Assembly: GCF_006345805.1 (NCBI RefSeq)
Contig: NC_043021.1
Location: forward strand, 10,478,001 to 10,542,000
Source of the DNA: Octopus sinensis
Lineage: Eukaryota
DNA length: 64,000 nucleotides
Direction of reading: 5' to 3'
Made by a program: the position numbers and the translations under genes. Of the stretch, positions 37,351 through 49,974 are shown in pieces. Position 1 is the first letter of the stretch; every line of letters begins with the position of its first letter. The notes under the pieces were generated by a model. That model was given only the letters and a program-made list of their open reading frames with translations. It had not been told where the DNA came from and searched no databases.

Positions 37351-37409
37351 CTGGTGAAGCTTTGTTCCAGTATGATTGAGACAGGAAAAGCATTTCATAC
37401 TGCAAGCAA
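37351..37409 (+). CDS. ACAP: ACAP exon: LVKLCSSMIETGKAFHTAS(N)
   Basis: ccacAG acceptor, AA|gtaagt donor; resembles ACAP2 LVKLCIAMIDTGKAFCVAN. Confidence 0.93.
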
Positions 37410-37429
37410 GTAAGTTGCTTTTGATATTC

Positions 37430-37830
37430 TCTTTTTCATCTTTTCCATCCATACACCCATCTACACCACCCACTATTCCTAGGAGGGTTGTAGGGGTAGA
37501 TTCCCCAGGCTACTCCTACTCCATAGGATCCTATCAGAAGCTTTCATATTTATGCTTTTGGGCTGGATTTCCAAGCACGATCAACTGAGACTGTGGATAT
37601 TATCCAACCATCTGGTTCTTGGTCTACTCTCAGGACCAGTGTCATGGTCTTTTGTAGTGCTAATTCTCTTCCCTGCTTTGCAACACTTGGCAGTGAACTC
37701 ATTCAATGCATGCTGGAAATCACTTTCTGATGAGCTTAGTAGCACCATGTCATTATCATCAGATATCATCTGACTGGTTCTACACTCATCAATTATGATA
37801 CCACTTTCAGAGTGGCTGCACAAGCCAATC
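37430..37830 (-). mobile_element. Internally deleted RTE LINE remnant
   Basis: DDNDMVLLSSSESDFQHALNEFTAKC (RT ADD region) joined to RPRTRWLDNI (RTE C-terminus). Confidence 0.7.
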
Positions 37831-38699
37831 CAATCCAATCCAGTTCATAAAAAATTATGAAAAGGAAAGGTGACAATATGTACCCCTGCTGCAGTTCAGC
37901 ACCCATGTTGAACAGTTTCTACTCAACACCATTTCTGCAAGGACAAACATCTGGGCATTCATATTTTTGTTTTTGGTGGAATTCTGGTTTAAGCATTTTC
38001 AGAAAATTTTTGCAAATTTGTGTTGTACACATGAGAGTTCATATGATTATGAAAAAAAAAACAAAAAAAAACCCCAACTGTTTTTGTGTGTGATTTAAGG
38101 GAATTTAGCTGTTGTTTTTAGCACATCTCACAACCACCTGATACCATATTTGTTTCTTTGTCACTCTGACATGTATTGATGTTTTTCAATATTTTTCTCC
38201 CCATAAACACACTTAATGGAATAATGATACACCCAAGGGTGGTCCATTCATGTGATTTAACCAAAAATTTCAAATTGTTCATATTTTAAACTCTGATTAA
38301 AAAAGAATGCATTCAAAAACGAGCGAAGCTTTTAGAATTTAAGGAGGGTGTTGGAGTTCAAAAGATTTTTTTTTTAATTTTGTTTTTCATAATTGAATAA
38401 ATTCCTGTGTGTAGAACACAAATTTGTAATACTTTTCTGAAAATTCCAAAAGACTAAAAGTTATGTGGGGTTATATGGGGTGCTTAAACCAGAATTCCAC
38501 CTTTTTTTTTTTTCTTCTAAAATGAAGCTGCATTTTCAGTTAGATATTTTATTGATTGATGCTGTATTGTATCCATTTTGTCATGGTTCATTGAATTTTA
38601 TCCCATTAGAGAATATTATACTTTTGTGTTCTTGTAACATATCAACAACTGCCCTTCAACATATATATATATATATGAAATTGAAATTGAACCAAATTC

Positions 38700-39146
38700 G
38701 ATGACTGGCACCTGTGCCAGTGGAGCGCTAACAGCTCCATCTGAGCGGGATCACTGTCAGAGCAGCTGTCTGGCTTCCGTGCCGGTGGCATGTAAAAAGT
38801 ACCATTTGAGTGTGATCATTACCAGTGTCACCTTACTGGCACGTTAAAAAAACATTTGAGCGTGGTAGTTGCCAGTGCCGCTGGATTGACTCCTGTGCAG
38901 GTGGCACGTAAAAAAAGCCCATTTGAGCATGGTCATTGCCAGTACCACCTGACTGGCCCTCGTGCCAGTGACACATAAAAGCACCCACTACACTCTCGGA
39001 GTGGCTGGCGTTAGGAAGGGCATCCAGCTGTAGAAACTCTGCCAGATCAGATTGGAGTCTGGTGCAGCCATCTGGTTCGCCAGTCCTCAGTCAAATTGTC
39101 CAACCCATGCTAGCATGGAAAGCGGACGTTAATTGATGATGATGAT
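38700..39146 (+). mobile_element. RTE 3' tail element with four ordered hairpin modules
   Basis: Same module order as the 36620 and 60880 copies; (GAT)n tail. Confidence 0.85.
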
Positions 39147-39748
39147 AGGTGTGAAATTGTAAGGATTTTTGAGATGATAATTGATGAGGAATGAGCATGT
39201 CCATATCTTTGTGTGTGTTTTGTTCTTGTGTTGTACTTCTGTTTAATTTTCGAAACTATATATAACATGCGTATGTATGTATGTATGTATGTATGTACAG
39301 ACAGACAGATAGACGGAGAGACATCTCCAAAGTAAATAGTCATCATTTTTGAAAGATTTATTTCTAGAATCAAACTGATGCCCTTTGACACTTTCAATAC
39401 TTAATCCTTTATTTAGTTACATGCCTTGTGCAGAATACATTGACACCGTTTGAAGCATCAGGCACTGTCCACACAGATAAAGTGGTACAATGAGAGGTGT
39501 CTATTTATTTTACAGATATGTATGTATGTGTAGATATTAAAATTTGTATTGACTGTCACTTAGAATTTTGCTGCTTAACAGCATATTTAATGGTGTACTT
39601 GAATAAACAATGAGGTGAAATTTTAGGTTCCAGTTAAATCGAATTTTGCAATATATTTGCATCTACTCTCAATACAATTACTCACTCGTTATTTTTTAAC
39701 TAGCTTTAAGATAATTAAGAAAAAAATATATATGTATATATATATATA

Positions 39749-39912
39749 TAGGAGTAGAAGTGGTTGTGTGGTAAGTAGCTTGCTTACAAACCACATGGCT
39801 CCGGGTTCAGTCTCACTGCGTGGCATCTTGGGCAAGTGTCTTCTACTATAGCCTCGGGCCAACCAAAGCCTTGTGAGTGGATTTGTTAGACGGAAACTGA
39901 AAGAAGCCCATC
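39749..39912 (+). mobile_element. SINE family A, 5' half
   Basis: Head and core; ends at the internal TA-rich tract. Confidence 0.85.
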
Positions 39913-39959
39913 TTATATTGTATAATATTATATTTGCATGTATATTCATATATCACTGT

Positions 39960-41032
39960 GTGGTACCAGTGCCGGTGGCACACACTTTGTGGTACCAGTG
40001 CCGTGGCACACATGAGAACCATCCGAACGTGTTCCGAGCCGGCCTCCGTGCTGTGGCACGTAACAAACACCATCCGATCATGGCCGTTCGCCAGCCTCAT
40101 CTGGCACCTGTGTCGGTGGCACATAAAAACACCTTCCGAGACCCGGCAAGACTAGTCAGTCCACCTGTGCATACCTTCCTTCTTGTGAACTTGTGAAGAC
40201 CGTTGAGGCAAGTGAAAATCAAATCAAATCAATCAAATCATCAAATCAATCAAAATAGACAAAATATGAACATCAATGGAATTTGTATCTTGTGGTACCA
40301 TGCCTGTGGCACACAGAAATCCATCAGTGCTGTAGTCAGTGCGGTGGGCACATGACAAACACCATCCATCGTGGCCGTTCGCCAGCCTCATCTAGCACCT
40401 GTGTCGGTGGCACATAAAAACACCATCCGAAGACCCGGCAAGACTAGTCAGGCCATAACCCATGGCCCCTACCTGGGACGTATCAGTCCACCTGTGCATA
40501 CCTTCCTTCTTGTGACACTTGTGAAGACCTGTTGAGGCAAGTGAAAATCAATCAAACAAATCAAAATAGATGAACATCAATGGAATTTGTATCTTGTGGT
40601 ACCAGTGCGGTGGCATTGGCACACAATAAAACCATCCGAACGTGGCCTACCATACCGCATCGACTGGCCTCCGTGCTGTGGCACGTAACAAGCCCATCCG
40701 ATCGTGGCCGTTTGCCAGCCTCATCGGCACCTGTGTCGGTGGCACATAAAAACACCATCCGAGCGTGGCCGTCTGCCAGCCTCGTCTGGCACCTGTGTCG
40801 GTGGCACATAAAAACAACCATCCGGCGTGGCCGTTGCCAGCCTCGTCTGGCACCTGTGTCGGTGGCACATAATCACCCACTACACTCTCGGAGTGGTTGG
40901 CGTACATCCAGCTGTAGAAACACTGCCAGATCTGACTGGACTGGTGCAGCTTTCGGCTCCCCAGACCCCAGTAACCGTCCAACCCATGCTAGCATGGAAG
41001 CGACGTTAATGATATGATGATGATGATGATGA
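39960..41032 (+). mobile_element. RTE 3' UTR insertion with ~300-bp internal tandem units and a 27-bp target-site duplication
   Basis: tttgcatgtatattcatatatcactgt at 39933 and 41033; aatggaatttgtatcttgtggtacca repeated ~300 bp apart; (GAT)n tail. Confidence 0.85.
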
Positions 41033-41060
41033 TTTGCATGTATATTCATATATCACTGTA

Positions 41061-41092
<32 letters not shown>

Positions 41093-41311
41093 TTGCATGT
41101 ATATTCATATATCACTGTTATATATATATATATATATTATATATATATATATTTGCATGTATATTCATATATCACTGTATATATATATATATTATAATAT
41201 TATATATATATATATATTTTGCATTATATTCATATATCACTGTGTGTATATATTATATATATATATCACCATATAATAATGTTTTATTCCATTTTCTCTT
41301 TATTATCTTAG

Positions 41312-41372
41312 TGGCTTTGTTGGAGGTGTGCGGGACCTTGGCCAGTATTTCAAGGACGATGATTTGGCCTCT
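41312..41372 (+). CDS. ACAP: ACAP exon: (N)GFVGGVRDLGQYFKDDDLAS
   Basis: cttAG acceptor, TCT|gtaagt donor; phase 2 fits the previous exon; resembles ACAP2 KQFMNGIRDLAQYSSNDAVVE. Confidence 0.92.
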
Positions 41373-41544
41373 GTAAGTATAATTTTGATTACTCAATCAT
41401 AATCACATTCAGAAATATGTCAAATTGTTTTTCTTATTCTTATTCCTTTCTGTTTTTGCTATTGATCCCTTCATTTTCTCGAGTCCTCGCTCTCGTGCAC
41501 CTCTGAAGCATAAAGCAGCAATGTTATACTTCGAACATATAGAT

Positions 41545-41743
41545 TAGTCTGTCAGATGCAATGCTTATATATTCACCTTGATTTGAATTAATCCAATTGT
41601 CTCATAGCTTTGAGATTTCATGATGTGATTGTTTATTTATAGAATGATATCGTAATGTAAGTGCGAAAGGCTGGATCTAGCCAGTTTGAACAAAACAAAT
41701 AGAATATTTGGGCCAAATATGGCCATTTAAATGCTAAAGGTTT
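41545..41743 (-). mobile_element. piggyBac-type MITE A, diverged
   Basis: ...gaatatttgggccaaatatggccatttaaatgctaaagg. Confidence 0.7.
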
Positions 41744-42002
41744 AGTAATGGCATAACTGAACAAGCGACTGAATTATTCTGTCATTAGAAATACTAATTA
41801 GCTACATATTATACAAATAATGGTTTCTTTTTATTTATTAATATGCTGTACAATCTATTATACATTGTAAATGCTTATATATTGCTACCTCTACTCACCC
41901 ATATTGGCTCTACTCTCACTTCCCATTCTTCTCTCTATCATCAAAGCTGTTTCCTTTGAGAAAACAGCTGCATTGTTGAGTAACGAGGACTCTCATCATA
42001 AT

Positions 42003-42180
42003 GTTTTAGCATTTAAACGAGTCATATCTAGCTCAAATAGTCTACTTGTTTTGTATCCAAACTGGCCAGATCCAGCTTCTCACACATACTCTACCATGTC
42101 ATTCTAAAAGCAATCAACTCCATCATTGAAGTCTCAAAACTACAAGTTAATGCATGATTTAATCAAAGCAATGTGAGTAT
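42003..42180 (+). mobile_element. MITE A fragment next to the mariner element
   Basis: tttagcatttaaacg...caaactggccagatccagcttctcacac. Confidence 0.65.
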
Positions 42181-42188
42181 ATAATATA

Positions 42189-42753
42189 TTGGGTTGTCCG
42201 GAAAGTTCGTGCTGATTTTTAAAGGAAAGAAAAAGGTCAATGAATACTTGCCATAACATTTTTGATCAACCAAATATGAACCATTTTGTTGCACAACGCG
42301 TCTCCATCTTTCCTTCAACTTGAAAACATCCTCTTCCCAGAATTGAGGTGGTTTCCTAGCAAAGAATTCATCAAGGTATCTTTTTATGTCATCCAAGGAA
42401 TTGAAATTTTTACCATTAAGACTATTCTGCAGAGACCTGAATAAGTGGAAATCCGAAGGAGCAATATCTGGTGAATATGGAGGGTGGGGTAACACATCCC
42501 AGCCGAGCTGCAGCAATTTTTGTCTGGTTCCCAAAGCATCAAGTGCCGAAAATGAACTTTCTTATCTTCCATTTTAAAGGGTTACAAGTTTAATACAGGT
42601 TATAGAACATAAACCTTCTTCCATGAAAAGATAGCTTAAACTGTGCTCTAAATGGAGGTGTAGTCAAATCCTATTTTATGGACACAACCATGTTCTAAAA
42701 TAAGTCGAAATATAAGCTACTACAAATCGGCACAAACTTTCCGGACAACCCAA
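42189..42753 (-). mobile_element. mariner (DD34D-type) internal-deletion derivative, 565 bp
   Basis: ~30-bp TIRs ttgggttgtccggaaagtt.gtgc.gattt, TA flanks; MEDKKVHFRHLMLWE joined out of frame to ...HPPYSPDIAPSDFHLFRSLQN... Confidence 0.93.
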
Positions 42754-42769
42754 TATTTATAGATAAGAT

Positions 42770-43235
42770 ATGTAGCGCATTGCTGTACTCAAGAAGATCC
42801 ACCCACCATAACAGAACTGAGATTCTAAAACCAAGGTGCCATATAAAAAGCATTGGTGTGGGTGCTGGTGCCATGTGAGAAGCATTAGTGATGGTGCCAC
42901 ATAAAAAGTACGCTCTGTAAAGTGGTTGGCATTATTCCTAATGAGAGAACTGAGATATGCAGTGCACTGCTATGCTCAAGAAGACCAGCCCACCACAAGA
43001 GTTGAGATCCTAAAACCAAAGTGTCACATAAAAAGCACTGGTGATGGTGCCATGTAAAAAGCACCCGGTACACTCTGTGGAGTGTGGTTGGCATTAGGAG
43101 GGACATCCAGCTGTAGAAACCAAGCCAAAACTAACCGTGGAACGTGGTGCAGCCCCTGGCTTTATCAGTTCCTGTGAAACCATCTAACTCATGCCAGCAT
43201 GGAAAATGGATGTTAAATGATGGTGGTGATGAGGA
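42770..43235 (+). mobile_element. Tandem pair of RTE-type 3' end fragments
   Basis: ctcaagaagat/cc...ctaaaaccaa.gtg.ca.ataaaaagca twice, ~185 bp apart; the second copy ends in the RTE tail. Confidence 0.65.
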
Positions 43236-43899
43236 TTACATTTGACAGCCATCTAAATGTTAAAGGGTTAAGGGATATAAGGCAACTTCACTAGTCCTGG
43301 TATCCTGATAAAATACAGCCATTACTCTCTGTAGTGTGTTTGGCAAATGAGTGGCAACAATGTAGGTTTGAGCAGACCCTTTATTCCTGTCAAAGACACA
43401 ACAACTTTTCTCCTACTGGTACTACAAGTAAAGGCATGCAGTATATTTTTTAGTGCTTGATGAATTAGTGGAAACAATGTCAGGTTAAAGGGACCATATT
43501 TCTTGTCCAAGAACATAACCTCTTCACTGCTTGAGGTACAATGGAATGCACTCAATACTCTTTGGAAAGGGGTTGGGGGATAGGGTGCTCATCCAACTGT
43601 AGAAACCAAGCCAAAAATAAAATGTAAGGGCAAGATGTGATCCTCCAACTTGTCTAGGAGGGTCTGTAATGCCAAATGAAAATTGACAGAACTAATCTGC
43701 AGGGTCTGTCAGCATTGAAAGGGGACAAATATGATAATAGGGTGGAGGTTGATTTATGTTCTCACACAATATACTTTAAGGTAAAAGTAAAGAAAAAAAT
43801 AAATTCTGCAATAGAAATTTTTTAATAAACTTTTAGGGGAATGTAAGGTAATGTTTTTGGAACTGTGAATCTTGAAGCACATAACGGTATAAACATTGA

Positions 43900-44300
43900 T
43901 GGTACTCTGTCAATTACAACAGCAAAGGTTCCAGTTCATCTGATCAACGGAATAGCCTGCTCATGAAATTACGGTGCAAGTGACTAAGCACTCCACGGGG
44001 TCATTCAGGGTGACACAGAATGTGACAAGGCTGGCCCTTTGAATTGCAGGTGCTACTCACTTTTGGGAACTGAGTAGACTGGAGCATTTGGAATAAAAGG
44101 TCTTGCTCAAGAACACAAGGTGCTGCTGGGAATCAAAACAGACACATCTGGCTTAATGTAAATCTAAGAAAGAGTATGATTGTCAGCTGAGTGGACTGGA
44201 GCAATATGAAATAAAGTGTCTTGTTCAAGGACTCAATCTGCAGCTGGGAATTGAAATTTTGACCTGATGACTATGAGCTGAATACCCTAACTACTACATC
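43900..44300 (-). mobile_element. SINE family C remnants
   Basis: ggttccagttcatctgatcaacggaatagcctgctcatgaaatt; gtgtcttgttcaag. Confidence 0.65.
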
Positions 44301-45327
44301 ACACAGCTTCACTATAAACAATAGCATGTAAATACTGGGTTGAAAACCCCGTTTGGACAGATGTGATTTGATTTTACTGTTCCTAAACACTAATTTTACA
44401 TTTCTTTTTTTTTATTGAGTAATTAATCATTATATTCTGTGGCAAGGATAACAAAAGCGTTGTTGTGAAAAACAGCAGGTGATATCCATTGCTTCAACCA
44501 CTCTACTTGACCGGGTTCCTTTTTCAGGCATAATGGCTTCCTTCCAGTTTGACGGAGGGCTGTCAGTTTGAAGATTTAGGACACCGAAGATCTCAACAGT
44601 GACAGAACTGTACTAACAACTTATGTTTAGTCATCTTCTGTTCTTCTGCACTATATGTGACTGGGTTGACATTGGAGAACATATCACGTGTGAGTGACCC
44701 GATTAAACAACTTATCCCTCTTGAAACAGGAAAAAGTGTTTACCCATCAAGATAATCTGTGTTTGTTGTTGAGGTCAGTAAGCTTTAGCTGTGACCAGAA
44801 ACATACAGCATTGAGGCTCCTTTTCAGTGTAGCTTGGCAAAGGAGGTATCTCACACTGTAATGACCAGAGGTACCCATTTGCAGAGCTTCAAAGCAAATA
44901 CCACTAGGTATTCTATTCGCTACTCTAATGACCATGCCAGTTTTCCATCTTCAAAATGCATTTGTGTATGCGTGTGTGTGTGTGTGTATGAGAGAAAGAG
45001 AGAGACAGACAGACATGTATATGCTTGTGTGCGTATGTATGTATACACACACACACACATATATAAATTTAAAATAATAAGGGTGAAAAATTGAATATTA
45101 ATTTGATTAATATCAATTTAATACCAGTGGTCTAACATATTGAAAAATCTGAAGATTCAGAAAAAATTTATATTACATACATATAAGAGAGATGACCACT
45201 AAGTGGACATCCATTACGCTAAAAGTAGACCCCCTTTGGTCTTACCAGCTTTCTTAGTGGTAAGACCAAAGGGGATCTACTTCTAGCATAATAAATGTCC
45301 ACTTAGTGGTCATCCCTCTTATATGTA

Positions 45328-45427
<100 letters not shown>

Positions 45428-45639
45428 CATACACAGGCACACACACATGCACGCATTTATATGTACATTCATATGTGTTAGATTTTGTTGAACCATTCAG
45501 CCCATGTCAGCATAGAAGATGGATGTTATGCTATGATGTGTGTAGGTGGGAGGTGTAATCCATATATGACCAGTCCTGTGGAAACATTGCATTCCTGAAA
45601 ATCTTGCTGCGATGTAGAATTCCAATATGTGCTACCTTT

Positions 45640-46445
45640 TTTCCTCGTGACTTCCATCCAACATGGAATTAATGGGAAATTGATTCCCTGTTATGGAATT
45701 TCACATTACGCCAAATTTTCAAGAACACAACGTTTCTGTCATGTAGGGACACCTGCATATGTAGTATGTTGTAGATGTATATAGTGTTGTTACTTGTTCC
45801 TGAGACCCAGGTTGGCACTGATTCACCATACTTATGATCAAAGTTGTTCCAGCTTTGGAGAATCTTTTTTTGAGTCCTAATGTACCTTGGACTACACTAT
45901 CCAGTCTAACTTTCCTGTAGTTGCAAGTATTTTAAAATCAATCAGAAGTTTTGAACGCAAAATTGAATAACATTATTTCTGTCACTCTACCAATTTTGTC
46001 ACTGGTCCCTGTTGCTGAAATGCCAGAGATCTATAACCATTTCGATACTAACCTACTTGGCACCATCTGAATTTTTATGGTAGAAAGCTCTGTATTTTAA
46101 AGTTCCATTCATCTTCTCCACTCATTGTTACTAGGAAGGTTGCGGGGATAGTGTTGTCCTCAGGCACCTCATCTATAAGCTTCTGTCAGAAGAAGCTGTC
46201 TTTAGACTTTCTGGCTGAATTCCCAAGCGTGACGAATTGAGAATATGGATATTATCTAATCATCTTGTTCTTGGCCTTTCCCTTGGTCTCCTGTCAGTTG
46301 GCTCAGCTTGCGATTTTTTTTCCACAACGTTCTTACTACTTGTCCATGGTATTGGAACTGTGACCTCTCAGAAGAGAGTAGTAGTGGATTGACCTTGAAA
46401 GATTCAGTGATCTCTAAGCTACGCTCTCTTGAGTAACATTGCTCC
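45640..46445 (-). mobile_element. Decayed RTE LINE ORF2 C-terminus
   Basis: PLLLSSERSQFQYHGQVVR resembles the RTE LLRIERSQLRWFGHV motif. Confidence 0.6.
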
Positions 46446-46475
46446 ATTTCAGTTGTTAGTATTTGAGATTGTACT

Positions 46476-47310
46476 CTTGTGGTGCCAGTACCACATAAAA
46501 AGCACTTGTGGAAATGACATGTAATAAGCACTTGTCGTAGCTCTATGTAAAAAGCACTTGTGGTGACACCATATAAAAAGCACTTGTGGTGGCACCATAT
46601 AAAAAGCACTTGTGGTGGCACCATATAAAAAGCACTTGTGGTGGCACCATATAAAAAGCACTTGTGGTGGCACCATATAAAAAGCACTTGTGGTGGCACC
46701 ATATAAAAAGCACTTGTGGTGGCACCATATAAAAAGCACTTGTGGTGGCACCATATAAAAAGCACTTGTGGTGGCACCATAAAAAAGCACTTGTGGTGGC
46801 ACCATATAAAAAGCACTTGTGGTGGCACCATATAAAAAGCACTGGTGGTGGCACCATATAAAAAGCACTTGTGGTGGCACCATATAAAAAGCACTTGTGG
46901 TGGCACCATATAAAAAGCACTTGTGGTGGCACCATATAAAAAGCACTTGTGGTGGCACCATATAAAAAGCACTTGTGGTGGCACCATATAAAAAGCACTT
47001 GTGGTGGCACCATATAAAAAGCACTTGTGGTGGCACCATATAAAAAGCACTTGTGGTGGCACCATATAAAAAGCACTTGTGGTGGCACCATATAAAAAGC
47101 ACTTGTGGTGGTGCCATGTAAAAAACACTCATGCCAGCACCACATAGGGAGTACTCATGCTGACACCATGTAAAAAGCACTGGTGCCAGTGTCATATATA
47201 TACAGCACTCGTGCCGGTGCCGTGTAGGAATCACTTGTGTTGGCACCGCATAAAAAACACTAATGCCGACACCATTTAGAAACACCTGTACCAGTACCAT
47301 ATAAAAGGCA
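46476..47310 (+). repeat. 26-bp minisatellite, ~21 near-identical core units with diverged flanks, inside an RTE-tail element ending at ~47480
   Basis: gcacttgtggtggcaccatataaaaa at 26-bp spacing from 46554 to 47073 (one 25-bp unit at 46762). Confidence 0.97.
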
Positions 47311-47715
47311 CCCAGTACACTTTGTAAAGTGTTTGTCGCTAAGAAGGGCATCGATCGGTAGAAACTATGCCGAATCAAACAAATGGTGTCTGGGCATTTC
47401 TCCGGCCAGCCTGCTCCTGTCAAACTGCCCAACCCATGCTAGCATCGAAAATGGTCGTTAAATGATGACGATGATGATGTAGTCAACACCCAACATTCAC
47501 AACCACATTTAAATTACGACCTACCATGAATTTATGTCGGAAGTTATGTTCCAAACACTGGCTTGAGAAATAAATAAATTATTTTATCAAATCCCTCCGA
47601 GTTTATAAATATTTTCAAAGGTAATTAAAACATCTAGATTTGTGTATTTCTTTAGAAATAAATAAGGTCGTGAAAGATCTTTGGAAAAAAAAAAGCCCAA
47701 AAAACAAACAAAATA

Positions 47716-47856
47716 TAAGGTTGTCCCAAAAGTTCGTAGAAAGTCTTGGAAAATAATGGTCTTTATTTTGAGGAATAATTTTTGTTGTTTTTGTTAGTAC
47801 TTGGCGAGTAAAAATTCAATTTTCGCAAGTGTTTACGAACTTTTGGGACAACCTAA
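47716..47856. mobile_element. mariner-type MITE, 141 bp
   Basis: TA|taaggttgtcccaaaagttcgta ... tacgaacttttgggacaacctaa|TA. Confidence 0.88.
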
Positions 47857-47978
47857 TATATTCCCTTGTTGAACTGTGTCAAAAATGAATTGTATGCCTG
47901 GCAGGAATATCCCTCACCTTTGTACATTCTTTACATAGCTTCTCTCCAGCAGGAATTCCTGCTGATTAAAATTCTATT

Positions 47979-48013
<35 letters not shown>

Positions 48014-48189
48014 ATTCAAAAAATGCTGAGCTGATTTTATGCGCAGAATATTATTTATAAGTCTGTAATCTTGGAAACGATCTCGCTTTCCATTTTAACA
48101 GGATTGTAGATTACAGATGCCATGGAAATCACTTTCTCTCTTTCTTTCCCTTTGTCTCTCTCTCTCTGTCTCTTTCTTTCACTTTTACC

Positions 48190-48221
<32 letters not shown>

Positions 48222-48801
48222 CCGTTTCTCTGTCTGTCTGTCTCTCCCCCTCCTTTCTTTTTGTATGTTATCTTATTTTAAGGTTCTGTGGTTTTCTGCT
48301 GAGTTTATCTACAGTTTTTGATAACTCGGTGTATTTGTGTTTCTGTTCTTTTTTTTCACTTGTTTTTTTTTCATTGTGCGTATGGGTGGGTGTGTGTGCT
48401 TGTGGGTAGGTAGGTGTATGGCATATAAAGAGAGAGAGAGAGAGAGAGAAGTAATGTAGGTACCTTTTTTTCCTTCTTTTCAACACTTTCTTAAATGCCT
48501 GAACTTGAAACTTTTGCTTTAGATTTTTGTCTTGCCAAATTGTTTCCAGTTCTTCAAATACGTTCTTAAAGCGGAATTGGTTCCAATGTACTTGTAAATA
48601 GAACATTATGGTAACTGTGTTAAGCTGGAACCTGGTATCATTAGATTCTAAAACTTCTGGTTATTATTGTTTCACAGACTGCCTCTATCTTACTGCTAGT
48701 GTGCCCGTATGTAGTCATTCACCCCGCTAGAAATGGCAGCTGAAAATCTCAAATCATACCCATGTGCTTTAAAAAAAAAAAGCCCCATTGGATGCAGTAT
48801 A

Positions 48802-49035
48802 CTAGATATATTTACAACAAGCTTAAAAGCTGCACTCTGGCTTTTCATCTGTTACCATACAAATCCTCATCCAGACCTGATTCCAATGCTGGATGTTCAA
48901 AAACCAAATGAAGGGCAGATTTTCAATCCTGGGATCATCCTGATTCCAAAAAGGTATAACTTGTCTATGTAGAGTAAATGTAGACTGAGATAGAGGGGTC
49001 CCGGACAGACAGAATTTCACATTTATTATTATAGA
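48802..49035 (-). mobile_element. Possible short Helitron
   Basis: Minus strand starts A|TCTATAATAATAAATG, like the 33332 element, and has CTAG|T at 48802-48805; the 3' hairpin is weak. Confidence 0.35.
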
Positions 49036-49082
49036 TTTAGTTCACCCTCAGCTTTCTTGGTGCTACTAGATTTTCAATAGTA

Positions 49083-49264
49083 TAGGCGTAGGAGTGGCTG
49101 TGTGGTAAGTAGCTTGCTTACCAACCTCATGGTTCTGCGTGGCACCTTGGGCAAGTGTCTTCTACTATAGCCTCGGGCCGACCAAAGCCTTGTGAGTGGA
49201 TTTGGCAGTCAGAAACTGAAAGAAGCCCGTTGTATATATGTGTGTGTGTGGTGTATATATATAC

Positions 49265-49315
<51 letters not shown>

Positions 49316-49800
49316 CACACATGTGTGTGTATATGTTTGTGTGTCTGTGTTTGTGTCCCCCCCCCCCCAACATCACTCGACAATCGAGTCTCTGTAACTT
49401 AGTGGTTCGGCAAAAGAAACCAATAGAATAAGTACTAGGCTTACAAAGAATAAGTCCTGGGGTCGATTTGCTCGACTAAAGGCAGTGCTCCAGTATGGCC
49501 ACAGTCACGTGACTGAAACAAGTAAAAGAGTAAAAGAGCTTATTTTATTGATCTCTTCTGCTGATCTGCTAAATTAAGGGAACATAAAAAAAACCCCACT
49601 TGTCAAATAGTGGTGGAGCGCTCTCTTTCTTTCTTTCTTCATTCCTTTCTTTCCTTCTTTCTTTCTCTCTCTCTCTCTCTCACACACACGTATTTAAGTA
49701 TAACAGGCTTCTTTTCAGTTTCTGTTTACCAAATCCATTCACAAGGCTTTGGTCAGGTCAGAACAGTAGTGGGACTGAGCCTGAAACCATGTGGTTAGGA
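49083..49800. mobile_element. Convergent SINE family A pair (plus 49083-49518; minus 49530-49800, degenerate)
   Basis: Family A motifs in opposite orientations. Confidence 0.8.
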
Positions 49801-49974
49801 ACCATTCACCCATACCTGGATAATTTCATTCAATCAAAGTATTCCATGTTTACTACATTACACATGTGACATCCTACAGATTGGTGCAACCCTACAATTT
49901 TTTCTTTTTTTTAATTGTTCAGTTAAACAGCCTGGCGTGAAAACTTGTGGGGTTTATTTGGGTTTGGATGGAAG

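Noticed and set aside
43812-43844. Possible next ACAP exon (AG|aaatttttt...gtaag|GTaatg)
   Set aside because: Poor pyrimidine tract, and the peptide does not resemble the expected LxKFSxxLxEM segment.
46476-47310. CRISPR-like array, and the 290/327/200-aa ORFs across it
   Set aside because: Units are contiguous with no unique spacers, there are no cas genes, and the host is a eukaryote. The ORFs are the 26-bp repeat cycling through three frames.
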